Below, in pieces: positions 14,482-25,552 of a stretch of DNA of 64,000 nt (its first letter is position 1; every line of letters starts with the position of its first letter). The translations under genes were made by a program, and so were the position numbers. The DNA lies in the NCBI GenBank assembly GCA_965637545.1, contig OZ281499.1:14260001-14324000 (forward strand), in the 5' to 3' direction. Origin of the DNA: Phallusia mammillata (taxonomy: Eukaryota). The notes beneath the pieces are model-generated. The model saw only the letters and a list, made by a program, of their open reading frames with translations, searched no databases and was not told where the DNA came from.

Positions 14482-14942
14482 TTTTTGTGTAAACAGTACG
14501 CATTTATAGTTCAGAACTGCATTGAAACATGCGACGGATTGCACGGGACACACTCGCGAACCTGTCAGGTAAGTTACGTGTTGACAATGATTTAGATGTA
14601 CCTAAATCTGTCACTTTTGCGGACGAAAACGCTTCGCGCAACGATAGCGACACGGCACATAAGAAATTGACAGAAATTGAACACCTAAACGCCGAGATAG
14701 CAAGTTTGCGTGAGGCCAACGAAGACCATTTAAGGGCATTGAACAAGTCACGTGATTTCACGAAACAAATGAAAGAACAACTCCGCATTGATCACCAAGC
14801 CCATGCGCTCGCTATGAAGGCCAAAGAATCTGACGTTAAAGCATTGGAAAAGTTGATAAAAAAAGATCAGAAAATCCGTTCGTCCACCTATATTGCTTTG
14901 GGTAAACGCTCTGTTTCTCATGTACCAGGCGATGACGTAGAG

Positions 14943-16054
14943 CAGGGGTGGGCAAACTACGGCCCGCGGGCCGCATGCGGCCCGGCAAAGGAGTTCATGT
15001 GGCCCGCCAAATGTTGGGAAATTTTAAAGAGAAAGTTACCGAGCAACGCTGAATAGTATTGTAACCACAGGCGTAGTTTTTAAGAACTACCGGGGATGTT
15101 TACGTGCTTTAGCCTGTTGTTTCTGCCACGTTATCATGCACATATTCACTTAAAACAATTTCTTCGTTCGATAAAAGTAAAAGCTATTCACGTTTTCAAA
15201 TACAGCCCACTTTGTACTGTTGACGGCTAAACTTTGGTCACTTTGTATCAAGTTTAGGTCGTTGCAGTACATTGCAACCGGACATTAAACACGGCTTTAG
15301 AATCGTTAACACATACCACACCACACTTAAGATGGATACTAAAAGCGGCTCGCTTTGTTTAATGTTGGCGCAAGGAATTTATTAACAAAAAAACGTGGTG
15401 TAGCCTATATTGCAATAAATGCTTGTTTATTTTGAAACAATTACAATTGTAACGTTTCAACCAATGTTTGTGTAAACAAAGTGACAACAAACGTATTTCC
15501 ACATAGCTAAAAAAAAATTAATATTAATATTTTGGGCTAAATCAAGGGTGCACAAACTGCGGCCGTACGGCCACATGCGGCCGCGGAGACGAGTTTGTGC
15601 GGCCGTGACCATGTATGTTAAATTACATGTACAGGCTGCCATGACGCAACTAAAACTATTTTGCCAACTATTTCGGTTTTCAAACTGCCCAAAACAGATT
15701 TCGTGAGACAGAAAAAAAGATTACCAGCCTAAGAACCACATACGCCAGGCTTTTTAACCGTTTATTGTGTGCAAACACTGCGAAAAACAGGCACCGCAAT
15801 CGTCACAATACCGATCATGACGTCATCAACAGCTAGCTCGGTTCAGCTAAACTTATGCACCAAGTTAGAAATTATTAATATGAGCATTTTAAACGGCTTT
15901 GAATCGTATATACATGATATAAACCTAATTCTTTACACTAGTTATTTAAAAAAACAAGCAAGCAATTGGTGGCTGTTGGTGAAATACTATGCGGCCCGAT
16001 AAGATTAGGAACTTTTGAATGCGGCCCTTGCACTGAAAAGTTTGCCCACCCCTG
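14943..16054. mobile_element. Non-autonomous hAT (Buster-type) element, 1,112 bp
   Basis: Perfect 16-bp TIR CAGGGGTGGGCAAACT. 8-bp TSD ACGTAGAG at 14935-14942 and 16055-16062. Confidence 0.93.
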
Positions 16055-17361
16055 ACGTAGAGGATGATAATGATAATATACCTTCTGCGCCTGCCCCGCC
16101 GTATGATTCTCATATTTATCCAGACTTAAGTGAAGTAACTGCGATCTCAACGGACAAACCTAAGCCAATTTTAATTACAGAATCAACGCCATCTGAATCA
16201 AAACCTTTAACAAGTAGAGGGTATGAACGGGATTTGTTTGGTGAAACTTCCTATCCAACGTCGCCATTAATTGATTTAACAGGCCCTCCTACATCTCATT
16301 TACCTAAGCCGAAAATGTATCATACTATACCTCAACAAACTTTAGTTCTTGACAATAGTATCAAAAAAAGGTTGATCTTGCACAACTTGTTCGTTTGGTG
16401 CCTGGGCAAGAAATGATTTGGTTGAATTTGAATACGCGAAGTCTAACAAAGTATGGTTTAACAACGGAAAATATCTTACATACTTTGCTCGCAACAACTG
16501 ATTTGCACAGTGATATGCGTCAATACATTCAAGCTCTCGCCGCAAATGTAAATATGACAGCTGATGAAAAACTTCAGACTTTACGGAACCATGTTGAAAG
16601 AACTTACAAAAAGACTGCTTTGTCTACTATGCACGCTATTCGCAAAATGTTGGGAAGCATTAATGTTGAAAGCACTGTAATTTCCCCTTTGCAAGCAATC
16701 ACGACCATATTTTCTCAACAAGGGATTGTTTTAGATGGCCGATCATTTAATGATCCATATATCCAACTGATTCAGGAAATTGTATTACAAAAATTACCTA
16801 CTTCTATTGCATTTCAGATAGAAGGTCAGCCCTGGTCGTCTATTCCAGGGTTTCCCAAAGTGGGGTCCGCGGACCCCTGGGGGTCCGCAAAGACTGCACA
16901 GGGGGTCCCTGACGATATGACAAAATGGCGAAAACAGGTTTGACATTGTATGGTACCGTACTTCCATTGTCGCAGATGAATGTTTCCGTGATTCGTAACT
17001 AAAATGAATTATTTAATGAATGTTAGGCCGTGTCAATCTTAAATATTTGAAATGAATTAGTACGTCTTGGTAGTTGCTCTACCTAAAAATTGCATTCGGC
17101 GTCTATGATGCAACAATTAAAAGTACGGTGTATAGCAGTCGGGAAGGTTTGCCATATAGCTACAAGGCTAAACTGTTTTTCGGTTATCTACCTGTAGGTC
17201 TATGTAGTCCGAGCATTAAAATAGATAACCCCATAGGTGGTAAGGTTATGAAGTTCTGAAGTTTCAATTTTTGTTCGAATTGGCCTTAGGCCTAGCTTAA
17301 TAATTCAAAATAATACATAAAAACATAGAAATAACTCAATGCGAAGGGACGATGTTTAGGT

Positions 17362-17844
17362 CAAAGTCTATATAAAACACAAGTTGTCCAACCTATTGTT
17401 ACGCAATAGAACCTTGGAGCCAGATTGTGTCCAAAATGATACTGTGGGTGGAGAAAAATAACACATAAATTGTCTGATTTTTACAAACTGGAGAGCATAG
17501 ACGCGAATTTGATTCGCCAAATTGAATGAAAATTTCGGGTTCTAACATTTCAACGCAATATTGAAAGCTAAATTGCTGTTTTTCATGTAAATTTGGCCGC
17601 TTAATTTTCATGTAAACTTTAAATATTTGCGTTCAGCGTGCATTATCACGCTCAAATGTTAGAACCCAAAAGTTTTATTCAATTTTACCTATCAAACTCG
17701 CGTTAAATCCCACCAGTTTGTAAAAATCAGACAATTTATGTGTTTTTCCCTGTACCTGCTGTATTAATTTGGACACAAAATGGCGTCCATGCGGCTGTAT
17801 CGCGTAACAATGGGTTGGACTACTTGTGTTTTATATATACTTTG
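17362..17844. mobile_element. Foldback MITE with P-like CAAAG termini, nested in the hAT element
   Basis: Long imperfect inverted arms starting CAAAGT(C/A)TATATAAAACACAAGT. 8-bp TSD GTTTAGGT at 17354-17361 and 17845-17852. Confidence 0.8.
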
Positions 17845-18198
17845 GTTTAGGTATAAGAGTAGCAGTAGCGAAGGGACGATAGAATAGTAACGAATCCAAG
17901 TTATCAGATAATTCATTTGTGTTAACTTTTAGTAGAATAGCAAAGGTAGCACTGCAGCTGACAACATTTTTTTCAAATATGTTTCTGCGCAGCTTTTTCT
18001 CCGGTAGTCTACAAAGTCAGTAGGCCTACAACAATTGAGGCTAAGCCATAGCCTGTTGCAAAAATTTGTGCTGGAATAAATTTGACAAACATGTACCGGT
18101 AGTCAGCTGCAGTGCCACCTCTGCGATTTTTCTAATATCCTGACTGACATGGATATTTTTTTTCTGTTTTTAAATTTTAGTGTTATAGTTCAAATCTT

Positions 18199-20048
18199 AT
18201 GGATAAATTTTTGAAGCGAAAGGATAAGTCGAATGATTCAGAATGTGAAGCCCAGCAATCTCAGGATGTTTCATCCCGGAAGACGAAGAGACAAAAGGTT
18301 CGAACATATGATGAGGAGTATCTTAAGCTCGGGTTTATTGAATGTCCTTCAGATGTTACTAACCCTCAGTGTTTAATATGCTACAAAACATTGTCGAATG
18401 AATGTATGAAACCAGCCAAGTTAAAGCGGCATTTGATGGCTCAACATCCTGAGCTAGCTGGAAAGCCACAGGCTTTTTTTGACAGAAAGAAGAAAGAATA
18501 TTTAAAGCAAAAAAAAACTTTTAGACAATCTTTGGTGTCGAACGAAAAATTAATGAAAGCATCTTATTTAGTGGCGCTAAGGGTGGCTCGAGCCAAGAAA
18601 GCTCACACAATTGCGGAAAATTTAATTCTTCCAGCAGCAATTGACATGTGTGAAGTAGTTTTGGACGGCAAATGTGCAGCCAAGCTTAAAGAAATTCCAT
18701 TGTCGAACAACACGATTTCAAGAAGAATCGATGAACTTTCGAATGACATAAAAACACAGCTGCTTGAGAGACTGAATCAAACTAATTTTGCAATCCAATT
18801 GGATGAAAGTACGGACATTGCCAACCAAGCACATCTCTTGGTTTATGTTCGATATTCATGGGGAGATGAAATGATAAAGATTTCATGTTTTGTCATCAAA
18901 TGCAATGCAGAACAACCGGTTTAGACGTTTTCAACGTACTTTGTGATTTCTTTTCACAATCAGAACTGTCGTGGGAACGATGTGTGGCTATATGTACCGA
19001 TGGTGCAGCTTCAATGACCGGCAAGCACTCCGGGGCTGTAGCTCGTATCAGGGAAAAAGTACCGAACATTATACAAACGCACTGCATGATTCATCGCGAA
19101 GCGCTTGTTGCGAAACATTTAGGAAAATCTTTGTCTGATGTCTTATCTTTATGTGTCAAAGTTATCAACTCTATCAAAGCTCGCCCACTGCAGTCCCGAA
19201 TGTTTTCGAAACTTTGCGATGAACTAGGCTCAGAACATTCAAGCCTTTTGCTCCATACGGAAGTTAGATGGCTGTCGCGAGGAAAAATTGTAGAACGCCT
19301 GTTTGAACTCCGAGAGGAGGTTTTAATTTTTTTGCGAGCGCACAATGCGGACTTAGCTTCACTAGTAGCCGATGAAATTTGGCTTGGAAAACTTGCATAT
19401 CTGGCAGATATTTTTAACCTTCTCAATCAACTGAACTTGTCACTTCAGGGAAGAGATGCGAACATTTTACACAGTCAAAACAAAATAACAGCATTCACAA
19501 AGAAACTCAATATATGGAAAATGAGAATAAATGAAAATGTTGTGGATATGTTTCCTGTTCTGTGTGACTACATTGCCAACAAACCTTTAATAAATACAGA
19601 TTTGATTTTCTCTGACATTCAACAACATTTGGAATTGCTTTCTGTACATTTTACGAAGTACTTTTTAAAAGAGACATATGAGAATTTTGACTGGATTTTA
19701 AACCCCTTTGTTGTTGCAAAAACTGATCTGTCAGGACGAAAAGAAGAAGAATTGGCTGAATTGTCATCTGACCGAACTTTAATGATTAGTTTCAATCAAA
19801 AACCTCTTGCATCTTTCTGGTTAAGTGTTGCGAACGAATATCCACTGCTCTCACAAAAGGCTACCCAAATGTTATTACCTTTTGCCACTACCTACATGTG
19901 TGAGACAGCATTTTCAGCTCTTACAAATATGAAGACAAAATACCGGTCCAGACTTATCATAGACTCTGAATTACGAGTTTGCTTGTCACAAATTACTCCA
20001 AGAATTGACAAGTTATGCAGTAAGAAGCAATCACATCCATCCCATTGA
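18199..20048 (+). pseudogene. hAT transposase (Buster/ZBED5-like) with a single frameshift near 18880
   Basis: BED-like finger CLICYKTLSNECMKPAKLKRH, FAIQLDESTD, CTDGAASMTG, HCMIHREAL, HTEVRWLSRG and dimerization motif LPFATTYMCETAFS. Confidence 0.9.
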
Positions 20049-20782
20049 TGTTGTCATTTCGATTAATAAACATGATTCAGTGTTACTTATTTTTATTTGT
20101 ATTAACATTTATCGCTGGTTAGGCGGAAAATTGATGCGACATAAGATTGGGGTCCGCGAAAAAACATTTTGACATATAGGGGTCCATTGTCCAAAAAGTT
20201 TGGAAACCCCTGGTCTATTCAACAAATTCTTAATCGAATGTACAATTTAGCACAAACTCTGTCAGTTCAATCGCCAGGACAAGGTGTCATGTATGCACAT
20301 TTTGAAGAGGACAAAACCCCCATTGCGAACAAGGACCCAGCTGGATCGACTGGAGCATTATCAGCTGACGTTCGAGCTTTACGAGGACTGATTTTATAAA
20401 AGACCAACAACCGAAATCAGAAGGAACAGCCTATGAGGAACAAGGAACAACCTCAACGGTATGATAATGCTATATGTTATGTTTGTACAGAAAGTGGACA
20501 TATAGCCCCTCAATGTCCTATTGCCAAGCTGTTTCATTCAAAAGGTTGGATTGTGACCCAAAAAAATGACAGTGATTTTAATTCAGAACCTATTCCTAAG
20601 GTTTTACAGGGTAAAACAACTTTCTATTCTAATTCCAATTCTGGTGGCAGCAATCAGCCAAGATCCAACAAGAATGCCAATCAGAAACGGCAAGAAACAA
20701 ATGAGGTAGGATCTAGACGTGACTTTAACACGTTCAATAAAGATCAACGTAATTTCAGGCCGTCAGAGGCCAGTAAACATCA

Positions 20783-20827
20783 AAAAAACTAGAAAGTGGG
20801 CACTCTGGAGCAATCGCAGAGACCCAC
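20783..20827 (+). promoter_or_regulatory. gag/pro -1 ribosomal frameshift signal
   Basis: Slippery heptamer A AAA AAC in the gag frame just before TAG, 6-nt spacer, then hairpin GTGGG-CA-CTCTG...CAGAG-A-CCCAC. The -1 frame is open into the protease. Confidence 0.8.
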
Positions 20828-21409
20828 CCTACTCCCTTTTTCTTTTCTGATTGCCATGTTTTGCCTTCTTTGCAGACACCCGCACCTTCTCTTCAACGTG
20901 ACGAACACATTTTTTTGATTGATGACGTCACACGTATGCCTTTTCTCCTGGATACTGGAGCCAGTGCTAATATCTTACACACGTCTGCATTTAACGGTAG
21001 TACGCCTATTCAAGCGTCACAAGCTAATTTTTCAACGCTTGACGCTTCTTCAAAGCCTTTGCAATCGCAGGGAATTGTTAGTTTACCACTAAACTTATCT
21101 GGTAAATTACACAATTTACAATTTGAACTTTTAGATCGATCACCTTACAACACAATCGGTCTTCCGGACATTCTTCGATATGACTTGCTTTCCAAAGGAC
21201 ACCTAGCGGTTATGGGAACCTTTCAAGATGCTTCTGAGGTACTTACAGCTTTGAAATGTGATAAGCCATTGGGTCCTGATAACAACAATCATCTTTCCTA
21301 TGATCAGACTGCTAAGATAGCAGCATGCGATAAGCCAAAATTAACAGCTGATAAACCTGCTCAAACTCTGATACCACGTGAGAAGTTTATGGAACTGTTT
21401 AAACTTTAA
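20789..21409 (+). CDS. pro: Retroviral-type aspartic protease (-1 frame relative to gag)
   Basis: FLLDTGASANIL active-site motif. Frame is open from the slippery site. Confidence 0.85.
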   Translation, partial: LESGHSGAIAETHPTPFFFSDCHVLPSLQTPAPSLQRDEHIFLIDDVTRMPFLLDTGASANILHTSAFNGSTPIQASQANFSTLDASSKPLQSQGIVSLPLNLSGKLHNLQFELLDRSPYNTIGLPDILRYDLLSKGHLAVMGTFQDASEVLTALKCDKPLGPDNNNHLSYDQTAKIAACDKPKLTADKPAQTLIPREKFMELFKL

Positions 21410-24056
21410 ACAATATCCAAACATCTCTAATTTAAAACATAATCTTCAACAACCAAGTAAACTTCCTTATCAACTTAGCATTCAGCTAAGGCCTGGCTTT
21501 CACAAACCAATTACAGGCCCTGTTTATAACACAGGATGTGAGCAAATGGCCGTGTTACAACAATGGCTCAATGAGTTTTTAGATCTTGGGATTCTTGAAA
21601 GGAATTCTACTGTATGGAGAAGTTCAGTCTTCCTGGTGAAGAAGAAGCCCTCAGGCTATCGCGTCATCGTAGACATGCGACGGCTCAATGCTATTGTAAC
21701 AGATGATGATTATTCTCTACCTCGAATAGATTCTGTTTCCAAATACATACAAGGTAAAAAATATTATAGTACACTGGACTTGACAAAGGCTTTCCATCAT
21801 CTGCAGGTCCATAAAGATTCCAAGCAATATTGGGAACTGGCGACTGAATTCGGAACGATGTCATGGAACAAAGCCCCGATGGGTTTAAAGACAACACCCG
21901 GGACGTTTCAAGCTTGTTTGGATGTTGTGGCAAAGGAAATCTTGACCAAGTACAACACCTGGAGGAAAGAGCAAGGTTTGGAATCTTTGTTAGAAGGTGT
22001 CAAGATTTACATAGATGATATCCTTATTGCCACTAAAACCGAGCAAGAACATCTTAAGTTGTTTGACTTAACCTTACAAACACTATCCGAATATCATTTG
22101 ACCGTGAACCCTGATAAGTGCACGTTTGGAAAAGATCGGGCATGCTTTCTAGGACATACCGTATCTGCTGATGGTGAAAAACCACTTATTTCACGTTTAC
22201 AAGGTTTGATAGATCTCCCTTTACCTAAAACGGTCAATGACCTGCGCCGATTTCTCGGGATTGTCAGATATGAGAAAAATCATGTCCCACATCTAGCTGC
22301 TTTAACAAAACCGTTGGATCAAATTGGGAAAAATGTCACTGCTAAAGATTCTTCTAAAACGCCTTTTCAATGGACCACCACGCTTTTACAGGCCTTTCTT
22401 GACACACGGGCGGCTATGATGCAAGCTGTTACCTTGCGCTCGTATGACCCCAGGCGTGGTTTACATTTAGCAACAGACGCCAGTTTAACCGCAGCAGGCG
22501 CTGTTCTTTTTCAGCTTGGTGACAATAACGAAATGCAGCCTCTTGGCTATTTCAGCCAAGCGTTTAATAATGCACAAACGCGTTATTCAACTTTTGTTAG
22601 GGAACTGCTTGCTCTCAGGTTGGGTCTTCAGCATTTTCGAAATCATTTGGAATCTAATCACTTTACAATTCACAGCGACCACGCCCCGTTGGTCAAAGCA
22701 CTACAGGGCGGCAATACCCCTTTGAATGGACTCTCAGGTCGTCAACGAGATTGGGTTTGTCAAATTTTAGAATTTCATTTTGATGTAAAGCATATCCGAG
22801 GCTGTGATAACCAGATTGCAGATTATTTCAGCAGACAAGGCTGTCGTGCAACATCCAACTCCAAAATGCTTTTGTATTATGCACGAACCGAGTTTCCTCC
22901 TTCTCTTTCCATTCCACGTTTGTATGAGTTGCAACAAGAGGCTTTTTGTGATTGTAAAAACTCTAATTGCACTAAACGTCATATTAAATCTACACAATTG
23001 TCTAGAATTCCTCAAGGGACTTTGATGATGTGCGATGAGCCCGGCATGCTTGACCGCGTTCTGCTACCAACTGAAGCATCACAAAGGTTTGTGTTTGATT
23101 GTTACCATGGATACACTCATCATAGTGCTCGCATCACTTGGAATGCTTTGCGCCATATTTATCATGGACCACACTTTAGACAAAACATTGTTCGTTGGTC
23201 TCATGATTGTTTAACATGCATAAGGAATCGTCCAAAACGGTTAGAATCTATTCCTTTACAACCGTACAAATACCCTAGTGGACGTTTGAGAACCATACAC
23301 ATGGATGGATTTGCATTGCCACAATCCGATACCAATCCTCCATATTCTAAACTTTTAACTACATCTTATACAGTTTTAGCTCCATTGTTGCATGAAGATG
23401 CCTCTAGCACTATCAATGCGTTTCGGAAACACTGGGTGGCGTATCTGTCTATTCCCGAAATAATAGTTACAGATAACGGTCCTAATTTTCGTTCACAGGA
23501 ATTTCAAACATTCTGCAAAAATCATAATATTGAACATCGTTTAACTACACCGTATTACCCGCAAGCGAATGGGAAAATTGAAAGACTGCATAGATCTCTA
23601 CGTGATCTCATTGCGACGCAACCTTCACCTGGACAATGGCTGCAATCACTTTCCTGGCTTCAACTTGCACTAAACTCCATGTGGCGGGAACATCTCAATA
23701 TGTCACCCTTCCAAGCGCTGTTTGGTCTTACGCCACGAACTCCTGTTCAAGTAACAGCACCTTTGCTTTCTGGATTTCCAAAGGAATCAACAGAAAAAGG
23801 TCCAGGTATTGTGCATAGTCGATTACCACAAAAAACTCAAAAACCTGTTGTTTCAAGCTGGGACGAAGCGACTCGTGCCTTTTTGCCTATCAGATCACGT
23901 GGTAACAAGCTTTCACCTTTACGTGAAGGACCATTTAAAATTGTGCGTCTAACACGATCTAGTGTCACTGTTGATCTTTCAGATAACGAATTACGCACTC
24001 AACCACGAAGCCAGGCATATCCCATAAAGATGGATACTGACATGGAACGCAAGTAA
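21378..24056 (+). CDS. pol: Gypsy pol: reverse transcriptase, RNase H, integrase
   Basis: YIDDILI (RT), LATDAS (RNase H), HxxxH/CxxC zinc finger and IVTDNG...QANGKIER (integrase). 892 codons open. Confidence 0.93.
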   Translation: MRSLWNCLNFKQYPNISNLKHNLQQPSKLPYQLSIQLRPGFHKPITGPVYNTGCEQMAVLQQWLNEFLDLGILERNSTVWRSSVFLVKKKPSGYRVIVDMRRLNAIVTDDDYSLPRIDSVSKYIQGKKYYSTLDLTKAFHHLQVHKDSKQYWELATEFGTMSWNKAPMGLKTTPGTFQACLDVVAKEILTKYNTWRKEQGLESLLEGVKIYIDDILIATKTEQEHLKLFDLTLQTLSEYHLTVNPDKCTFGKDRACFLGHTVSADGEKPLISRLQGLIDLPLPKTVNDLRRFLGIVRYEKNHVPHLAALTKPLDQIGKNVTAKDSSKTPFQWTTTLLQAFLDTRAAMMQAVTLRSYDPRRGLHLATDASLTAAGAVLFQLGDNNEMQPLGYFSQAFNNAQTRYSTFVRELLALRLGLQHFRNHLESNHFTIHSDHAPLVKALQGGNTPLNGLSGRQRDWVCQILEFHFDVKHIRGCDNQIADYFSRQGCRATSNSKMLLYYARTEFPPSLSIPRLYELQQEAFCDCKNSNCTKRHIKSTQLSRIPQGTLMMCDEPGMLDRVLLPTEASQRFVFDCYHGYTHHSARITWNALRHIYHGPHFRQNIVRWSHDCLTCIRNRPKRLESIPLQPYKYPSGRLRTIHMDGFALPQSDTNPPYSKLLTTSYTVLAPLLHEDASSTINAFRKHWVAYLSIPEIIVTDNGPNFRSQEFQTFCKNHNIEHRLTTPYYPQANGKIERLHRSLRDLIATQPSPGQWLQSLSWLQLALNSMWREHLNMSPFQALFGLTPRTPVQVTAPLLSGFPKESTEKGPGIVHSRLPQKTQKPVVSSWDEATRAFLPIRSRGNKLSPLREGPFKIVRLTRSSVTVDLSDNELRTQPRSQAYPIKMDTDMERK

Positions 24057-24754
24057 ATTTTGTAATATGAATTTATATTACTTATGTTCTTGCATTTCAT
24101 CATTTTGTTTGTAAAATTTGGCTTTTATTTTTGTTGTTGTAAATAAATTAGGTGCGGCAACACCTTTGCAAAAAATGACCTTAATAAACTTGGTGTATGA
24201 TCACCCCTGTCATCCGTGCCTGTTATGTATGCGATCGGTACTTGCAGGAAGAAGTTTGATTGTGTCTTCGTGGTATGATGGAAGAAGTAACATAATGCTA
24301 TATAGACGCCTACTGTTCAGTGTCACTTGTCGCTGCCGCGTTTTGTGAATACCGTTTTTTTGAGTAAGACGGCAAGTGAACTGTTTGTAGGTTACTTTAA
24401 CGTCTGTAATACGTTGTATTAAAGGTCTGGCGTTACCTGTTACTTTGTACATAAAGGCTTTTCTTTAATTGTTGTGAACTTGAACAGTTTAAGACTAGCC
24501 TCTGTTTATCTATAATTTTTGTGTATTATAACCAACACATAACCATTTTTTCACAGGATTTTGTTGCAGGATTCTATTTGTTGTTTTTCAGGTACCTTTG
24601 GTTGGCCACCTATTAGGAACTATAGACAACACAATATAACATCTAAGTCCTAAGGAAAGTGCACTTCCTTGCAACCTTATCCTGTATCGTACCTAACATT
24701 TAAAATCAAATACAAAATTATAAAAAACCCACTAAACCCACTCCACCTTGTGCC

Positions 24755-25552
24755 ATGCAACTAACCCTTTATCTGCTTTTCTGGTTGACTGTCGCTGATG
24801 GACCGAGACAAGCAGGAGCGTCGTCGCCGTTGTCGTCGTCTACTGCGGCACCAACATCTTATAAGAAACTTGACAATGTTATCAACTGCACACCCTGTTC
24901 TGCTTCATGTGATCGTGGCAGCAAGCAATGTTCCGACGGACACAGAAGGGTATGTTTGATCCGCCCTTGTCATACAAACTGTTCCAGTTGCTCTCAGGAA
25001 CCAGGTGCACCGATGATGCAACATTTTCAATACTACAATGGACTGTCTAGAATCTGTCGCGTTTGTCCTCCACAATGGACTTTATGGCAAAACCTTGGAC
25101 CATGTCTTTCTACTGGATATCAGATAAGAATTCGTTCATATTATGTTAATAGTCGTTATAACATAACACCTGTTTCTGGAGAACCTCGTGACATTATAAA
25201 TTGCACTTATATTCCTATTAATGCAAATTCTGATCATATACGTCCTCATTCTAAACATGCATTATATGTTGGAATACCATTTACATTAATCTTGTTATGT
25301 TTAACCTGCATACTTTGTGCTCGTTACCGCCGTAAACGTGCCAACACTTTACGTGTACTATATGTTTATATTTTAGCAGGTTTTCAACATGTTTATTCTA
25401 GGACTTTTAATCACATGTGCCTACAGCTCTGCTCAACAGATTCCACTATCTGCGATTCCTGTTGCCAACGTTTCCTACTTCACACAACTTGCCAAACAGG
25501 TGCAACTTCAACGAATCGAACAAGTCAATGTCACTGTCTACAAGCTACATGA
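24755..25552 (+). CDS. Accessory Cys-rich predicted type I membrane protein of the Gypsy element
   Basis: Signal-like N-terminus MQLTLYLLFWLTVADG, Cys-rich ectodomain, hydrophobic LYVGIPFTLILLCLTCILCA followed by RYRRKR. Confidence 0.65.
   Translation: MQLTLYLLFWLTVADGPRQAGASSPLSSSTAAPTSYKKLDNVINCTPCSASCDRGSKQCSDGHRRVCLIRPCHTNCSSCSQEPGAPMMQHFQYYNGLSRICRVCPPQWTLWQNLGPCLSTGYQIRIRSYYVNSRYNITPVSGEPRDIINCTYIPINANSDHIRPHSKHALYVGIPFTLILLCLTCILCARYRRKRANTLRVLYVYILAGFQHVYSRTFNHMCLQLCSTDSTICDSCCQRFLLHTTCQTGATSTNRTSQCHCLQAT

Larger units (their letters stand above)
16846..20212 (+). mobile_element. hAT Buster/Charlie-type DNA transposon, 3,367 bp
   Basis: TIRs CAGGGTTTCCCAAA / TTTGGAAACCCCTG. 8-bp TSD GTCTATTC at 16838-16845 and 20213-20220. 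Encodes a transposase. Confidence 0.93.
14529..20792 (+). pseudogene. gag: Gypsy gag, interrupted by two hAT insertions, one frameshift (~16365) and one in-frame stop (20397)
   Basis: Removing each insertion plus one TSD restores the frame (PGDDVE|DDNDN; QPWSSI|QQILN). CCHC knuckle CYVCTESGHIAPQC near the end. Confidence 0.8.

Noticed and set aside
21397-21411. TTTAAAC twice, resembling a -1 slippery site
   Set aside because: It is not in the correct phase in the protease frame, and RT lies in the +1 frame rather than -1.
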